Assembly: GCA_049281755.1 (NCBI GenBank)
Contig: JBAPSR010000458.1
Coordinates: 1-39,739 of the forward strand
Direction: 5' to 3'
Source of the DNA: Candidatus Binataceae bacterium
GTDB taxonomy: Bacteria; Desulfobacterota; Binatia; Binatales; Binataceae
DNA length: 39,739 bases
Shown: positions 9,785 to 28,996 of the stretch, in pieces
Layout of the letters: every line of letters begins with the position of its first letter
Position numbering within the stretch: the stretch's first letter is position 1
The notes under the pieces: model-generated
Told to the model about the DNA's origin: nothing
Databases searched by the model: none
What the model saw: only the letters and a program-made list of their open reading frames with translations
Translations under genes and position numbers: made by a program

Positions 9785-10495
9785 ATGGCAGGAAAGAAAT
9801 ATCAGGCGGCGGCAAAGGAAATAGATCCGGAACGCCGCTATCCGCTCGAAGAAGCGATCAAGATGGTCGCCGGACATAAAGTCGCCAAGTTCGACGAGAC
9901 CGTCGAGATCGCGGTGCGCCTGGGCGTCGATCCGCGCCAGGCCGATCAGAATGTCCGCGGTACTGTCGTGCTCCCGCACGGCACCGGCAAAGTCGCGCGC
10001 GTTCTGGTGATCGCCAAGGGCGAGAAAGAGCGCGAGGCGCGGGAAGCGGGAGCCGACTTTGTCGGCAGCGACGAAATTATCAAGAAGATCCAGGAAGAGA
10101 ATTGGCTCGACTTCGACCGCGTTATCGCGACCCCTGACATGATGGCGCAGGTCGGGCGAATCGGAAAAATTCTCGGACCCCGCGGCCTGATGCCCAATCC
10201 CAAAGTCGGCACCGTCACCTTCGACGTCAGTAAGGCGGTCTCCGAGGTCAAGGCGGGCAAGGTCGATTACCGGGTGGACAAGGCGGGCGTCGTGCACGCG
10301 CGGATCGGCAAGCTCAGTTTCGGCGAGCAGAAGCTGCTCGACAACGTGCACGCCCTGATGTCCGCGATCGTGCGCTCCAAGCCGTCAAGCGCCAAGGGCA
10401 ACTACGTGAGAAGTGTCGCGCTGTCGTCCACGATGGGGCCCGGAGTGCGGGTCGATATCGCGTCGGCGCAAAAGACCGAGGCGGCAGCGGCCTAA
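9785..10495 (+). CDS. rplA: 50S ribosomal protein L1
   Basis: The 236-aa product contains [24 protein letters not shown] and [15 protein letters not shown], both L1 hallmarks. Confidence 0.97.
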   Translation: MAGKKYQAAAKEIDPERRYPLEEAIKMVAGHKVAKFDETVEIAVRLGVDPRQADQNVRGTVVLPHGTGKVARVLVIAKGEKEREAREAGADFVGSDEIIKKIQEENWLDFDRVIATPDMMAQVGRIGKILGPRGLMPNPKVGTVTFDVSKAVSEVKAGKVDYRVDKAGVVHARIGKLSFGEQKLLDNVHALMSAIVRSKPSSAKGNYVRSVALSSTMGPGVRVDIASAQKTEAAAA

Positions 10496-10532
10496 GCTTC
10501 CGGCTCATTTGTAAGGGATTCGGATTCAGGCG

Positions 10533-11126
10533 ATGAGAAAAGAACAAAAGACCTCGGTAGTCAAAGATCTGCGCGATCGTTTTGGGAGCGCCAGTATCGC
10601 GCTGGTCTCGGAATATAAAGGACTGAACGCGGGCGAAACCGCCGAGATGCGGCGCAAGATCCGCGCGGTCCGCGGTGAGATGAAGGTCGCGAAGAACTCT
10701 CTGGTGCGTCGCGCGATCGAAGGGACCGCATACGCGCCGCTGGGCGAAAAGCTCGGCGGGCCGGTCGGACTTATCCTGACCGAGAGCGATCCGGTCGAAC
10801 TGGTCAAGACGATAGTCGGCTTCAAGGATCTGGGCGACAAGTTCAAGCTGCGCGGCGCCGTGATGGCCGGGCAGACGCTCACGGCCGAAGAGATCAATAC
10901 GCTCGCGACGCTGCCGCCCAAGGAAGTCGTGATGGCGCAGCTGCTCGGGTTACTTAATGCGCCCGCGACTCAACTGGTCAGGCTGTTAAGCGAGCCGGGC
11001 TCGATGCTGGCGCGGGTGATAGACGCGATCGGAAAAAAGAATGGCGACGCGGCCCCAGCGGCCGCATCGGCAGCGCCTGAGGCACCGGATGCGGCACCGG
11101 AAGCGCCTGCGGCCGCACAGGAATAA
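10533..11126 (+). CDS. rplJ: 50S ribosomal protein L10 (with Ala/Pro-rich C-terminal tail)
   Basis: 197 aa with L10-like sequence throughout, sitting between rplA and rplL. The C-terminal ~30 aa are low complexity. Confidence 0.95.
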   Translation: MRKEQKTSVVKDLRDRFGSASIALVSEYKGLNAGETAEMRRKIRAVRGEMKVAKNSLVRRAIEGTAYAPLGEKLGGPVGLILTESDPVELVKTIVGFKDLGDKFKLRGAVMAGQTLTAEEINTLATLPPKEVVMAQLLGLLNAPATQLVRLLSEPGSMLARVIDAIGKKNGDAAPAAASAAPEAPDAAPEAPAAAQE

Positions 11127-11245
11127 CAGGCTCGGGATTTAGTCGCCGGACTTATGGCCGGCAGAGAATTCAGTCAAGAAATCAGGCTTTCGGGGCGCTC
11201 CCACATCCGTCCCCGCGCGCCACTCACTCAAGGAGAGAACGGAAA

Positions 11246-11635
11246 ATGTCAGAAGCACAACTCAGCCGCGATCAGGTGAAGGATTACCTGAAGAACCTTT
11301 CGCTGATCGAAGCGGCTGCTCTGGTGAAGGAACTCGAGACCGAACTCGGCGTATCCGCCGCGGCCCCGATGGCGATGGCTGCGGCGCCGGCGGCTGCGGG
11401 CGCAGCCGCTCCTGCGGCGGAAAAGGACGAGTTCACGGTCATGCTCACGGGGTCGGGCGACAAGAAGATCCAGGTGATCAAGGTCGTGCGCGAAATCACG
11501 GGACTCGGCCTCAAGGAGGCCAAGGACCTGGTCGATGGCGCGCCCAAGCCGGTCAAGGAAGGCGTTACCAAGGCCGAAGCCGAGGATCTGAAAAAGAAGA
11601 TCACCGACGCCGGCGGTTCTGTGGAGCTCAAGTAG
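11246..11635 (+). CDS. rplL: 50S ribosomal protein L7/L12
   Basis: 129 aa with an Ala-rich hinge followed by [47 protein letters not shown] Shine-Dalgarno sequence upstream. Confidence 0.97.
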   Translation: MSEAQLSRDQVKDYLKNLSLIEAAALVKELETELGVSAAAPMAMAAAPAAAGAAAPAAEKDEFTVMLTGSGDKKIQVIKVVREITGLGLKEAKDLVDGAPKPVKEGVTKAEAEDLKKKITDAGGSVELK

Positions 11636-11741
11636 GAGAGCCGTAGTTTTTGCACGACGACTACCGGATGGGAAATTCGCCGCTTGGGCGCGCTATCGGC
11701 GCGGCTTGGGTGTCGCGTGTTCTCCCGGTCAATTCGACGCT

Positions 11742-11780
11742 GCCGTGGACGCGGGGGATACCCGTGCGCCCACGGCTTTT
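11742..11780 (+). terminator. Hairpin plus T4 in the rplL-rpoB spacer (candidate partial terminator/attenuator)
   Basis: GCCGTGG (11742..11748) pairs with CCACGGC (11770..11776), with further partial inner pairing, followed by TTTT (11777..11780). The position matches the known rplL-rpoB attenuator of E. coli. Confidence 0.45.
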
Positions 11781-11831
11781 AGCGCTGCACCGCGCGCGCG
11801 AAGTTTCAGCGCACGCAAGGCGGGGTAGGTA

Positions 11832-15953
<4,122 letters not shown>

Positions 15954-15978
15954 CCGGCGCAATAAGGAGTAACGAAGG

Positions 15979-20232
<4,254 letters not shown>

Positions 20233-20266
20233 CACGCAAGCGGACTGCGCGTACATACTTGTAGTT

Positions 20267-20303
20267 CCCCCAAGGGCTTGTCCCGCCCTTGGGGGGTTTG
20301 TTT
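20267..20303 (+). terminator. Rho-independent terminator after rpoC
   Basis: An 11-bp perfect stem, CCCCCAAGGGC (20267..20277) with GCCCTTGGGGG (20285..20295), has a 7-nt loop and is followed by GTTTGTTT. Confidence 0.8.
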
Positions 20304-20403
20304 GAACTCACGCGTTTCCACCTCGACCGATACCCGGGGGACATCGCAAAAGCGAAAGGCCGCGCGGAATTATTCGCGCGCTCGGGAAACAGAAGACGCA
20401 GAG

Positions 20404-20431
20404 TTGCCGATACGGAAGTCGTGCTTAAGTT
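20404..20431 (+). promoter_or_regulatory. Candidate sigma70-type promoter of the str operon
   Basis: TTGCCG (20404..20409), a 16-nt spacer, then TAAGTT (20426..20431), ~50 nt upstream of rpsL and downstream of the rpoC terminator. The -10 hexamer is the same as in the tRNA promoter candidate. By eye only. Confidence 0.35.
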
Positions 20432-20480
20432 ATTCGATTGAACTAACGGATGAGAAGTTAACGGACGAACGGAATTTAAC

Positions 20481-20852
20481 GTGCCCTCGATAAATCAGTT
20501 GATCCGGCAAGCGCGCGTCAAGAAGCGCTTCAAAGTAAAAGCGCGCGCCCTCGAGGGCTCGCCCCAGAAACGCGGCGTATGCACGCAAGTGAAGACCACC
20601 ACACCCAAGAAGCCGAACTCGGCCTTGCGCAAAGTTGCGCGCGTGCGCCTGTCCAACGGGATCGAAGTTAATACTTATATTCCGGGGGTGGGCCACAATC
20701 TCCAGGAACACTCGGTCGTGCTGATCCGCGGCGGCCGTGTGCGCGATCTGCCCGGCGTCCGCTATCACGTGATCCGCGGCACCCTTGATTCGATCGGTGT
20801 GCAGGAACGGCGCAAGAGCCGCTCGAAGTACGGATCGAAGAAGCCGAAGTAA
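20481..20852 (+). CDS. rpsL: 30S ribosomal protein S12
   Basis: GTG start, 123 aa. The product reads PSINQLIRQ...[18 protein letters not shown]. Confidence 0.98.
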   Translation: MPSINQLIRQARVKKRFKVKARALEGSPQKRGVCTQVKTTTPKKPNSALRKVARVRLSNGIEVNTYIPGVGHNLQEHSVVLIRGGRVRDLPGVRYHVIRGTLDSIGVQERRKSRSKYGSKKPK

Positions 20853-20857
20853 CTGCC

Positions 20858-21328
20858 ATGTCACGCAAAGGACAAGCTAAAGTCCGCGAGATCGCGGCTG
20901 ACCCGAAGTTTCACGATCGCACGGTTGCGAAGTTCGTAAACGTGGTGATGGAACGCGGAAAGAAATCCACCGCCGAGCGCATCCTTTACGGAGCGCTCGA
21001 GCTGGTTGCCGAACGCTCGAAGGAAGACGGGCTCGCGATGTTCAAGAAGGCGCTCGATAACGTGCGCCCCTCCGTCGAGGTGCGCTCACGGCGCGTCGGC
21101 GGCGCGAACTATCAGGTCCCGGTCGAGGTTCGTCCGGTCAGGCGCAATTCGCTTGCGATGCGTTGGCTGGTGACGGCGGCGCGTGCGCGTGGAGAGAAAT
21201 CGATGCGCGAGCGGCTGGCTGCGGAAATCCTCGAGGCCGCGCAAAACCGCGGTGGCGGCGTCAAGAAACGCGAAGACACTCACCGCATGGCCGACGCCAA
21301 CAAGGCGTTTGCCCATTATCGCTGGTAA
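20858..21328 (+). CDS. rpsG: 30S ribosomal protein S7
   Basis: 156 aa with typical S7 sequence and str-operon order. Confidence 0.98.
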   Translation: MSRKGQAKVREIAADPKFHDRTVAKFVNVVMERGKKSTAERILYGALELVAERSKEDGLAMFKKALDNVRPSVEVRSRRVGGANYQVPVEVRPVRRNSLAMRWLVTAARARGEKSMRERLAAEILEAAQNRGGGVKKREDTHRMADANKAFAHYRW

Positions 21329-21346
21329 ACAGTCGAGTTCTTATTC

Positions 21347-23443
21347 ATGGCTCGTACCACGCCAATAGAACGGGTGCGTAATATCGGCATCATGGCTCAC
21401 ATCGATGCCGGCAAGACCACCACTACCGAACGGGTGCTGTACTACACCGGCATCAACTACAAGATCGGCGAGGTGCATGAAGGCACAGCGACGATGGACT
21501 GGATGGTGCAAGAGCAGGAACGCGGCATCACGATCACGTCGGCGGCGACCACCTGCTTCTGGCGCGAGCATCATTTTAATATTATCGACACGCCCGGACA
21601 CGTCGATTTTACGATCGAAGTCGAGCGCAGCCTGCGCATCCTCGACGGCGCGGTCGCCGTGTTTTGCGCGGTCGGCGGCGTCGAGCCGCAGTCGGAGACC
21701 GTATGGCGGCAAGCCGACAAGTATCGCGTCCCGCGGATCGCGTTTATCAACAAGATGGACCGCGTCGGGGCCGAGTTCGAACGCGTCGTGCAGGAAATGC
21801 GCGACAAGTTGAAGGTGATTCCACTTCTGCTCCAGCTCCCGATGGGAGCCGAAGACAAGTTTGCCGGCGTTATCGACCTGGTCGAGCAGCGCGCGCTTAT
21901 CTGGGACGAAGATCGTCTCGGCGCGAACTATCGGGTCGAGGAAATTCCGGCCGAGCTTAAGGAACAGGCGGCAGGCTACCGCGACAAGATGATCGAGACG
22001 CTGGCCGACCACGACGAGCATCTGATGGAGCTGTACCTCGAAGGCAAGGTGCCGGCGCCGGACCAGATCCGCGCCGCGATCCGTGCCGCGACGCTTAAGA
22101 TGGCGGTGACGCCGGTATTGCTCGGATCCGCGTTTCGCAACAAGGGCGTGCAGCCGATGCTCGACGCGGTGGTGGACTATCTGCCTTCGCCGCTTGATTT
22201 GCCGCCGGTTGTGGGCGACGTCGACGGCAAGCCGGAAGAGCGATGGGCGCGCGACGACGCACCGTTTTCCGCGTTGGCGTTCAAGATCATGACCGATCCT
22301 TATATCGGCACGCTGACCTTCGTCCGGGTTTACTCGGGCAAGCTCGAAAGCGGCTCGTCCGTGCTCAACTCGACCCGGGGCAAGCGCGAACGGGTCGGAC
22401 GCCTGGTGCGGATGCACGCGAACAAACAGGAAGCGATCTCGGAAGTGTTCGCCGGCGATATTTGCGCAATTGGACTGCGCGACACCAACACCGGCGATAC
22501 GCTATGCGATCCGGCCGCGCCGATTATCCTCGAATCGATTGAGTTTCCCGATCCGGTTATCCAGATCGCAATCGAACCCAAGACCAAGGCGGACCAGGAG
22601 AAACTCGGCGAGGCGCTGCAGAAGCTCGCCAAAGAAGATCCTTCGTTTCGCGTGTCGGTGAACAAGGAAACCTCGCAAACGCTGATTGCCGGGATGGGCG
22701 AGTTGCATCTCGAGATTATCGTCGATCGGCTGCTGCGCGAGTTCAAGGTCGACGCCAACGTCGGCAAGCCGCAGGTCGCCTACCGCGAAACGATTCGCAA
22801 GGCGTCCGAGGCCGAGGGCCGATTTGTGCGCCAGACCGGAGGCCACGGCCAGTTCGGCGTGGTCGAATTGCGGATCGAGCCGATGGAAAAAGGCGCGGGC
22901 TTCGAATTCGTCGACGGCACCAAGGGTGACGCGATTCCGCGCAATTTTATCAAGCCGATCGAGAACGGGATCAAGGAAGCGATGGATAACGGCGTGCTGG
23001 CCGGCTACCCGATGGTCGATCTGCGCGCGACCTTGCTCGACGGCAAATCTCACGACGTCGACTCATCCGAGCTGGCGTTCAAAATCGCAGGCTCGATCGC
23101 GTTCAAGGAAGCGTGCGAGCGGGCCGAGGCGGTGCTGCTCGAGCCGGTGATGGATGTCGAGGTGGTGACGCCGCAGGAGTTCATGGGCGAAGTGATCGGC
23201 GATCTGAACTCGCGCCGCGGCAAGATTCTGGACATGGAAAGCCGCGCGGGCGCGCAGGTGATCGAGGCCCGAGTGCCGCTGGCCACCATGTTCGGCTACG
23301 CGACGCGGCTGCGCTCGATTACCCAGGGCCGCGCAAATTACACGATGCAGTTCGGCGCGTACGAACAGGTACCGCAGAATATTTTTCAGGAATTGATGGC
23401 GCGTAACGCCGACGGCGATCAGCCTTCGCGCGCGCGTGCCTAG
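21347..23443 (+). CDS. fusA: Elongation factor G
   Basis: 698 aa with G-domain motifs [14 protein letters not shown] and NKMD, and EF-G domains II-V. Confidence 0.98.
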   Translation: MARTTPIERVRNIGIMAHIDAGKTTTTERVLYYTGINYKIGEVHEGTATMDWMVQEQERGITITSAATTCFWREHHFNIIDTPGHVDFTIEVERSLRILDGAVAVFCAVGGVEPQSETVWRQADKYRVPRIAFINKMDRVGAEFERVVQEMRDKLKVIPLLLQLPMGAEDKFAGVIDLVEQRALIWDEDRLGANYRVEEIPAELKEQAAGYRDKMIETLADHDEHLMELYLEGKVPAPDQIRAAIRAATLKMAVTPVLLGSAFRNKGVQPMLDAVVDYLPSPLDLPPVVGDVDGKPEERWARDDAPFSALAFKIMTDPYIGTLTFVRVYSGKLESGSSVLNSTRGKRERVGRLVRMHANKQEAISEVFAGDICAIGLRDTNTGDTLCDPAAPIILESIEFPDPVIQIAIEPKTKADQEKLGEALQKLAKEDPSFRVSVNKETSQTLIAGMGELHLEIIVDRLLREFKVDANVGKPQVAYRETIRKASEAEGRFVRQTGGHGQFGVVELRIEPMEKGAGFEFVDGTKGDAIPRNFIKPIENGIKEAMDNGVLAGYPMVDLRATLLDGKSHDVDSSELAFKIAGSIAFKEACERAEAVLLEPVMDVEVVTPQEFMGEVIGDLNSRRGKILDMESRAGAQVIEARVPLATMFGYATRLRSITQGRANYTMQFGAYEQVPQNIFQELMARNADGDQPSRARA

Positions 23444-23472
23444 GACCAGGGTACGGACCCGGAGGAAATACG

Positions 23473-24672
23473 ATGGGCAAGGCTAAATTCGAACGCACAA
23501 AGCCGCATGCGAACGTTGGCACGATCGGCCATATCGATCACGGCAAGACCACACTGACCGCGGCGATCACCAAGGTGCTGGCGTCCAAGAAGCTTGCTCA
23601 GTTCACCGCCTTCGATCAGATCGACAAGGCGCCCGAAGAGCGTGAACGCGGTATCACGATCGCAATCGCGCACGTCGAGTACGAAACCACCAAGCGCCAC
23701 TACGCGCACGTCGATTGCCCGGGCCACGCCGACTATATCAAGAACATGATCACCGGCGCCGCCCAGATGGACGGCGCGATCCTGGTGGTCGGCGCCAACG
23801 ACGGTCCGATGCCGCAGACGCGCGAGCATATCCTGCTCGCCTACCAGGTCGGCGTGCCCGCGATCGTGGTGTTCATGAACAAGGTCGACATGGTCGACGA
23901 CCCCGAACTACTCGACCTGGTCGAGCTCGAAGTCCGCGATCTGCTGAAGAAACAGAACTATCCGGGCGACGACGTTCCGGTGATTCGCGGCAGCGCGATC
24001 AAGGCGCTCAATTGCGGATGCGGCAAAGACGATTGCCCCAACTGCAAGCCGATCCTCGATCTCATGGACGCAATCGATAACTATATTCCGCAGCCCAAGC
24101 GCGAGACCGAAAAGCCGTTCCTGATGCCGATTGAAGACGTGTTCTCGATCTCGGGCCGCGGCACCGTTGTCACCGGCCGGGTCGAGAAAGGCAAAGTCAA
24201 GGTCGGCGAAGAAATCGAGATCGTCGGCTTCAAGGACACGACCAAGACGGTCGTGACCGGGGTCGAGATGTTCCGCAAATTGCTCGACGAAGGACAGGCG
24301 GGCGACAATATCGGCGTGCTGCTGCGCGGCGTCAAGCGCGAAGATATCGAGCGCGGACAAGTGCTCGCGAAGCCCGGATCGATTACGCCGCATACCCAGT
24401 TCGAGGGTTCGGCGTATATCCTGACCAAGGACGAAGGCGGGAGGCATACGCCGTTCTTCACCGGCTATCGCCCGCAGTTCTACTTCCGCACCACCGACGT
24501 CACGGGAGTGCTGACGCTGCCCGAAGGCACCGAGATGGTGATGCCGGGCGACAATATCAAGATTCTGGGCGAGCTGATCACGCCGGTCGCGATGGACGAA
24601 GGACTGCGCTTCGCTATCCGCGAGGGCGGCCGCACCGTCGGCGCGGGTGTGGTCTCGAAAATACTTAAGTAG
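23473..24672 (+). CDS. tuf: Elongation factor Tu
   Basis: 399 aa with [18 protein letters not shown] and NKVD motifs. It carries an unusual [11 protein letters not shown] segment (see findings). Confidence 0.99.
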   Translation: MGKAKFERTKPHANVGTIGHIDHGKTTLTAAITKVLASKKLAQFTAFDQIDKAPEERERGITIAIAHVEYETTKRHYAHVDCPGHADYIKNMITGAAQMDGAILVVGANDGPMPQTREHILLAYQVGVPAIVVFMNKVDMVDDPELLDLVELEVRDLLKKQNYPGDDVPVIRGSAIKALNCGCGKDDCPNCKPILDLMDAIDNYIPQPKRETEKPFLMPIEDVFSISGRGTVVTGRVEKGKVKVGEEIEIVGFKDTTKTVVTGVEMFRKLLDEGQAGDNIGVLLRGVKREDIERGQVLAKPGSITPHTQFEGSAYILTKDEGGRHTPFFTGYRPQFYFRTTDVTGVLTLPEGTEMVMPGDNIKILGELITPVAMDEGLRFAIREGGRTVGAGVVSKILK

Positions 24673-24779
24673 CGATTACCCGCGAGCGGGGATCGGCGAA
24701 TCAATTACGCGTGGCGACAGGTTTACGGGATTTACAGAGGATACAACTGAGCGCTTGAGAATCGGGCGCGGTTTCCAGG

Positions 24780-25088
24780 ATGAACGACAAGATACGCATA
24801 CGTCTTAAGGCGTACGATTACCGCCTGCTCGATCAGTCGGTCCGCGAGATCGTCGATACCATCCGCCGTACCGGCGGAAGGGTCGCCGGCCCCATCCCGC
24901 TGCCGACCCGGATAGAGCGCTTCACCGTCAACCGATCTCCGCACGTTGACAAGAAGTCGCGCGAACATTTCGAGATCCGCACTCACAAGCGGCTGCTCGA
25001 CGTGCTCGAACCGACCCAGCAAACCATCGACGCGCTCGGCAAGCTCGACCTTGCCGCCGGCGTGGACGTTGAGATCAAGCTCGAGTAG
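24780..25088 (+). CDS. rpsJ: 30S ribosomal protein S10
   Basis: 102 aa with [16 protein letters not shown]. Confidence 0.98.
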   Translation: MNDKIRIRLKAYDYRLLDQSVREIVDTIRRTGGRVAGPIPLPTRIERFTVNRSPHVDKKSREHFEIRTHKRLLDVLEPTQQTIDALGKLDLAAGVDVEIKLE

Positions 25089-25093
25089 CGGCG

Positions 25094-25768
25094 ATGCTGA
25101 CCGGATTAATTGGAAAGAAACTCGGGATGACGCAGGTGGCCGACGCGCAGGGGCGTGTACGCGCCGTGACCGTCGTCCAGCTCGGACCGTGCACCGTGTC
25201 GCAGCTCAAGACCAAGCCGACTGACGGCTACGAAGCCGTGCAGGTGACCTGGGGCAAGAAAAAGCTCTCCCGCGTGAGTAGCGCGCTGCGCGGCCATTTC
25301 AAGGCGGCCGATATCGCACCGGGCGTGCGCACGGTCGAGTTCGAACGCCGCGGCGAAGGCGAGCTCAAGCTCGGACAGGCGATCGTCGCAGGCGAGGTGT
25401 TCAAGCCCGGCGACCAGGTTGACGTCGAAGGCGTATCCAAAGGACGCGGCTACGCGGGTGTTATCCGGCGGCATCATTTTTCCGGATTCCCAGGTTCGCA
25501 CGGCACCCACGAATACTTCCGCCACGGCGGATCGATCGGTAACCGTTCCTACCCCGGGCGCGTGCGCAAGGGACTTCGGATGGCGGGGCAGCTCGGCAAC
25601 GAAACCGCGACCGTGCTCAACCTTGAAGTGGTCGAAATTCTGCCCGAGGAAAACGCGATTGTAATCACCGGCGCGCTGCCCGGACCCGACGGCGCAGTCG
25701 TGATCGTCGAGCATGCGGCGCGTCCGCGCCGGCGCGCGAATGTGAACGTGGTGGCGGCTAATGGCTGA
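25094..25768 (+). CDS. rplC: 50S ribosomal protein L3
   Basis: 224 aa beginning GLIGKKLGMTQV. S10-operon order. Confidence 0.97.
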   Translation: MLTGLIGKKLGMTQVADAQGRVRAVTVVQLGPCTVSQLKTKPTDGYEAVQVTWGKKKLSRVSSALRGHFKAADIAPGVRTVEFERRGEGELKLGQAIVAGEVFKPGDQVDVEGVSKGRGYAGVIRRHHFSGFPGSHGTHEYFRHGGSIGNRSYPGRVRKGLRMAGQLGNETATVLNLEVVEILPEENAIVITGALPGPDGAVVIVEHAARPRRRANVNVVAANG

Positions 25769-26462
25769 ACGGCGCGCAAAGCACAATCCGGTGAAACTTC
25801 CGCTCTTCTCGGCTGCGCAGGAACGCACCGGCGAAGTAGAATTCGCGGGCGCGGTGTTCGGCCGCGAGGGCGATAATTCGGTGGTTCACGAAGCGGTCCA
25901 GATGCAGCTGGCCAAGCGGCGTTCGGGAACCGCGTCCACCAAGACGCGCGGGCTTATCTCGGGCGGCGGACGCAAGCCGTGGCGCCAGAAGGGTACCGGC
26001 CGTGCACGGGCAGGATCGACTCGTTCGCCCATATGGCGCAGCGGAGGCACGATCTTCGGACCCGTCCCGCGCGACTATTCTTACAAAATGCCCAAGAAGG
26101 CGTGGCGGCGCGCGCTCTGCCTTGCGCTGTCGGATCGGGCGCGTGAAGGCAAAGTCTTTATCGTCGAGTCGTTCGCGCTTGCCGAAGCCAAAACCAAAAA
26201 CGCCAAAGCGTTTCTGGAAAAGCTCGGAGTGAAGCACGCGCTGATCGTGATTGGCGAAGCCGACAACGCTTTCTACCGTGCGGCGCGCAACCTGGCGGCG
26301 CACAAGATTCTCGCGGCCGTCGGGCTCAACGTTTTCGACTTGCTGAATTACGACGAATTAGTGATGACCGAGGCGACCGCCCGTGCGATCGAGACGCGTC
26401 TGGCGGCAGATACTTCGCGCCAGGATGCCGAAGCGGAGCAATCAGAAGGTGAGGCGCGATGA
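25761..26462 (+). CDS. rplD: 50S ribosomal protein L4
   Basis: 233 aa with GGGRKPWRQKGTGRARAGSTRSPIWRSGG. ATG at 25761 overlaps rplC by 8 nt. An alternative GTG at 25791 is possible. Confidence 0.95.
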   Translation: MAERRAKHNPVKLPLFSAAQERTGEVEFAGAVFGREGDNSVVHEAVQMQLAKRRSGTASTKTRGLISGGGRKPWRQKGTGRARAGSTRSPIWRSGGTIFGPVPRDYSYKMPKKAWRRALCLALSDRAREGKVFIVESFALAEAKTKNAKAFLEKLGVKHALIVIGEADNAFYRAARNLAAHKILAAVGLNVFDLLNYDELVMTEATARAIETRLAADTSRQDAEAEQSEGEAR

Positions 26463-26746
26463 ACCTCGAGCAAATCGTGATGGCGCCGCTCATCACCGAA
26501 AAAGGCACTTTCGTCGGCGAGAAGAGCAACCAGGTCGTCTTCCGGGTCCGTCTCGACGCGAGCAAGGACCTGATTCGCGACGCGGTCGAGCAGCTCTTCA
26601 AGGTGACGGTGCTGAAGGTCAGGACGATCAAGCTGATGGGCAAGAACCGGCGGCGCGGCGCGATCAAGGGGCGCCGTTCGGATTGGAAAAAAGCTTACGT
26701 GACGCTCAAGGACGGCGATCGGATCGAGTTCTTTGAAGGGGTCTAG
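26459..26746 (+). CDS. rplW: 50S ribosomal protein L23
   Basis: 95 aa. ATGA overlap with rplD. Sequence is L23-like (VFRVRLDASKDLIRDAVEQLF). Confidence 0.96.
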   Translation: MNLEQIVMAPLITEKGTFVGEKSNQVVFRVRLDASKDLIRDAVEQLFKVTVLKVRTIKLMGKNRRRGAIKGRRSDWKKAYVTLKDGDRIEFFEGV

Positions 26747-26761
26747 AGAAGCGATACGAAC

Positions 26762-27592
26762 ATGGCAGTAATCCAGCTAAATCCGCGCACCCCCGGCCAG
26801 CGCTTCATGCAGATTGCAGACTTCTCGGAGCTGACCAAGAAAGAGCCCGAGAAGAATCTGCTCGAACCGGTCAAGCGCACGGGCGGACGCAACAATCGCG
26901 GCCGGATGACTTCGCGTCATCGCGGCGGCGGCCACAAACGGCGCCTGCGCACGATCGATTTCAAGCGTACGCATGACGGCGTGCCTGCGGTCGTCGCCTC
27001 GCTCGAATACGACCCGAATCGCTCGGCCAATATAGCGCTGCTCCACTATGCCGACGGAACCAAGGCCTACATCCTTGCGCCCGACGGGCTCAAAGTTGGC
27101 GCGAAGGTCGAGTCGGGCGAGAACGCCGATATCAAGCCTGGCAACGCCCTGAAGCTAAAAAATATTCCGCTCGGCACGATCATCCATGCGGTCGAGCTCA
27201 AGCCGGGCGCGGGTGCGCAACTCGTACGCGGCGCGGGAGTTGCGGCGCAGTTGATGGCCAAAGAAGGCAAGTTCGCGCTGCTCAAGTTGCCCTCGGGCGA
27301 GCAGCGGATGGTGCAAGCGGAATGCCGCGCCAGTATTGGACAGGTTGGTAATCTCGACCACGAGAATATTTCGATTGGCAAGGCCGGGCGCTCCAGATGG
27401 CTCGGCAAACGCGGACACGTCCGCGGAGTTGCGATGAATCCGGTCGATCATCCGCACGGCGGCGGCGAAGGCCGCTCGAAGGGGAATCATCCCCAGTCGC
27501 CGTGGGGACAACCGGCCAAGGGTTACAAGACGCGCAAAAAGAAGCCGTCGGATCGGTATATCGTAAGCCGCCGGCCGCGCGGGAAGCATTAA
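26762..27592 (+). CDS. rplB: 50S ribosomal protein L2
   Basis: 276 aa with [17 protein letters not shown]. Confidence 0.98.
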   Translation: MAVIQLNPRTPGQRFMQIADFSELTKKEPEKNLLEPVKRTGGRNNRGRMTSRHRGGGHKRRLRTIDFKRTHDGVPAVVASLEYDPNRSANIALLHYADGTKAYILAPDGLKVGAKVESGENADIKPGNALKLKNIPLGTIIHAVELKPGAGAQLVRGAGVAAQLMAKEGKFALLKLPSGEQRMVQAECRASIGQVGNLDHENISIGKAGRSRWLGKRGHVRGVAMNPVDHPHGGGEGRSKGNHPQSPWGQPAKGYKTRKKKPSDRYIVSRRPRGKH

Positions 27593-27595
27593 GCC

Positions 27596-27931
27596 ATGGC
27601 ACGATCGGTAAAGAAGGGCCCGTTCATCGACGGGCATCTGAAAAAGAAGGCTGAGGCGGCCGCAGCGGCGGGTGACAAGCGGATTATCCGCACCTGGTCG
27701 CGCCGGTCGATGATCCTGCCCGAGATGGTGGGGCTCACGTTCGCAGTGCACAACGGCCACAAGTTCATCCCGGTTTACTGCACCGAGAACATGGTCGGAC
27801 ACAAGCTGGGCGAGTTTTCCGGCACGCGCACTTTCCACGGCCATGCGGGCGACCGCAAGGGCGAGGTCAAGCAGTCCGCGGCACCTGCGGCTGCTGCCCC
27901 GGCATCCGGCGCGGCAAAGGCGGGCGCTTAG
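27596..27931 (+). CDS. rpsS: 30S ribosomal protein S19 (with Ala/Pro-rich C-terminal tail)
   Basis: 111 aa. Reads [10 protein letters not shown]...[14 protein letters not shown]...HNG...GHKLGEF. Confidence 0.97.
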   Translation: MARSVKKGPFIDGHLKKKAEAAAAAGDKRIIRTWSRRSMILPEMVGLTFAVHNGHKFIPVYCTENMVGHKLGEFSGTRTFHGHAGDRKGEVKQSAAPAAAAPASGAAKAGA

Positions 27932-27963
27932 AGCGCACGCCGAAATAGAGACGAGTTACAATC

Positions 27964-28302
27964 ATGGAAGCGTTATCGCGTCACCGGTACATCAGAATTT
28001 CGCCGCGCAAGCTCAAACTCGTGTGCGATCTGGTCGTCGGCAAGCCGGTAGGACAAGCGCTATCGATTCTGGAGTTCACGCCCAAGAAGGGCGCGAAGTT
28101 CGTATCGAAGACCCTGCTGTCGGCGGTCGCCAATGCGCGCGATCAGCAGAACGTGGATGAAGACAAGCTCTACGTAAAACGGGCGACTGCCGAGACCGGG
28201 CCGACTTTGAAACGTTCGCTTCCTCGCGCCCACATGCACGCAACGCCGATTCTCAAACGCACCAGCCATCTGACCGTGATCGTGGACGAGCGCGCTATCT
28301 GA
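27964..28302 (+). CDS. rplV: 50S ribosomal protein L22
   Basis: 112 aa with RISPRKLKLVCDLV. Confidence 0.97.
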   Translation: MEALSRHRYIRISPRKLKLVCDLVVGKPVGQALSILEFTPKKGAKFVSKTLLSAVANARDQQNVDEDKLYVKRATAETGPTLKRSLPRAHMHATPILKRTSHLTVIVDERAI

Positions 28303-28311
28303 GGACTATCG

Positions 28312-28989
28312 ATGGGCCAGAAATCACATCCGCGCGGGCTTAGGCTCGGAATTATCGAGGGTTGGGACTCGCGCTGGTTTTCGAGTCACGACTACACCGC
28401 GTTGCTCCACGAAGACATCAAGCTGCGCGAGTTTATCAAGCGCCGCCTGTATCACGCGGGTATCTCGAAAATCGAGATCGAACGGATGGCCAACAAGGCC
28501 AAGGTGAATATCTATACCGCGCGTCCGGGAATCGTGATCGGCAAAAAGGGCGTCGAGATCGACAAGCTCAAGGCGGATATCGCCAAGCTGATGAAGGGCA
28601 AGGACACCTTTATCAATATTCACGAAGTTCGCCGGCCCGATCTCGATCCGCAACTGGTCGCCGAGAATATCGCGCTCCAGCTGGAGCGCCGGGTCGCGTT
28701 TCGGCGCGCGATGAAAGAAGCGGTAACTCGCGCGATGCGGATGGGAGCGCAGGGCGTCAAAGTCCACGTCGCGGGACGCCTGGGTGGCGCGGAAATCGCC
28801 CGCCAGGAATGGTACCGCGAAGGCCGCGTCCCCTTGCAGACCCTGCGCGCCGATGTCGCTTACGGATTTGCCGAAGCGCGCACGACCTATGGAGTGATCG
28901 GAGTCAAAGTCTGGATCTTCCGCGGCGAAATTCTTACCCGCCAGGAAGAAGAGGCCAAGCGCACCGGGATGGCGGCCCAGCAGCAATAA
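28312..28989 (+). CDS. rpsC: 30S ribosomal protein S3
   Basis: 225 aa with [14 protein letters not shown] and a KH domain. Confidence 0.98.
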   Translation: MGQKSHPRGLRLGIIEGWDSRWFSSHDYTALLHEDIKLREFIKRRLYHAGISKIEIERMANKAKVNIYTARPGIVIGKKGVEIDKLKADIAKLMKGKDTFINIHEVRRPDLDPQLVAENIALQLERRVAFRRAMKEAVTRAMRMGAQGVKVHVAGRLGGAEIARQEWYREGRVPLQTLRADVAYGFAEARTTYGVIGVKVWIFRGEILTRQEEEAKRTGMAAQQQ

Positions 28990-28996
28990 CAAGACC

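Noticed and set aside
21341-22417. 358-aa minus-strand ORF antisense to fusA
   Set aside because: It overlaps the unmistakable EF-G G domain, has the composition of a GC-bias artefact, and shows no motifs.
24679-24691. Small hairpin CCCG-CGAG-CGGG just after tuf, considered as a possible terminator
   Set aside because: It has only 4-5 bp and no following U-tract. It is too weak to call, so tuf probably reads through into the S10 operon or terminates by another mechanism.
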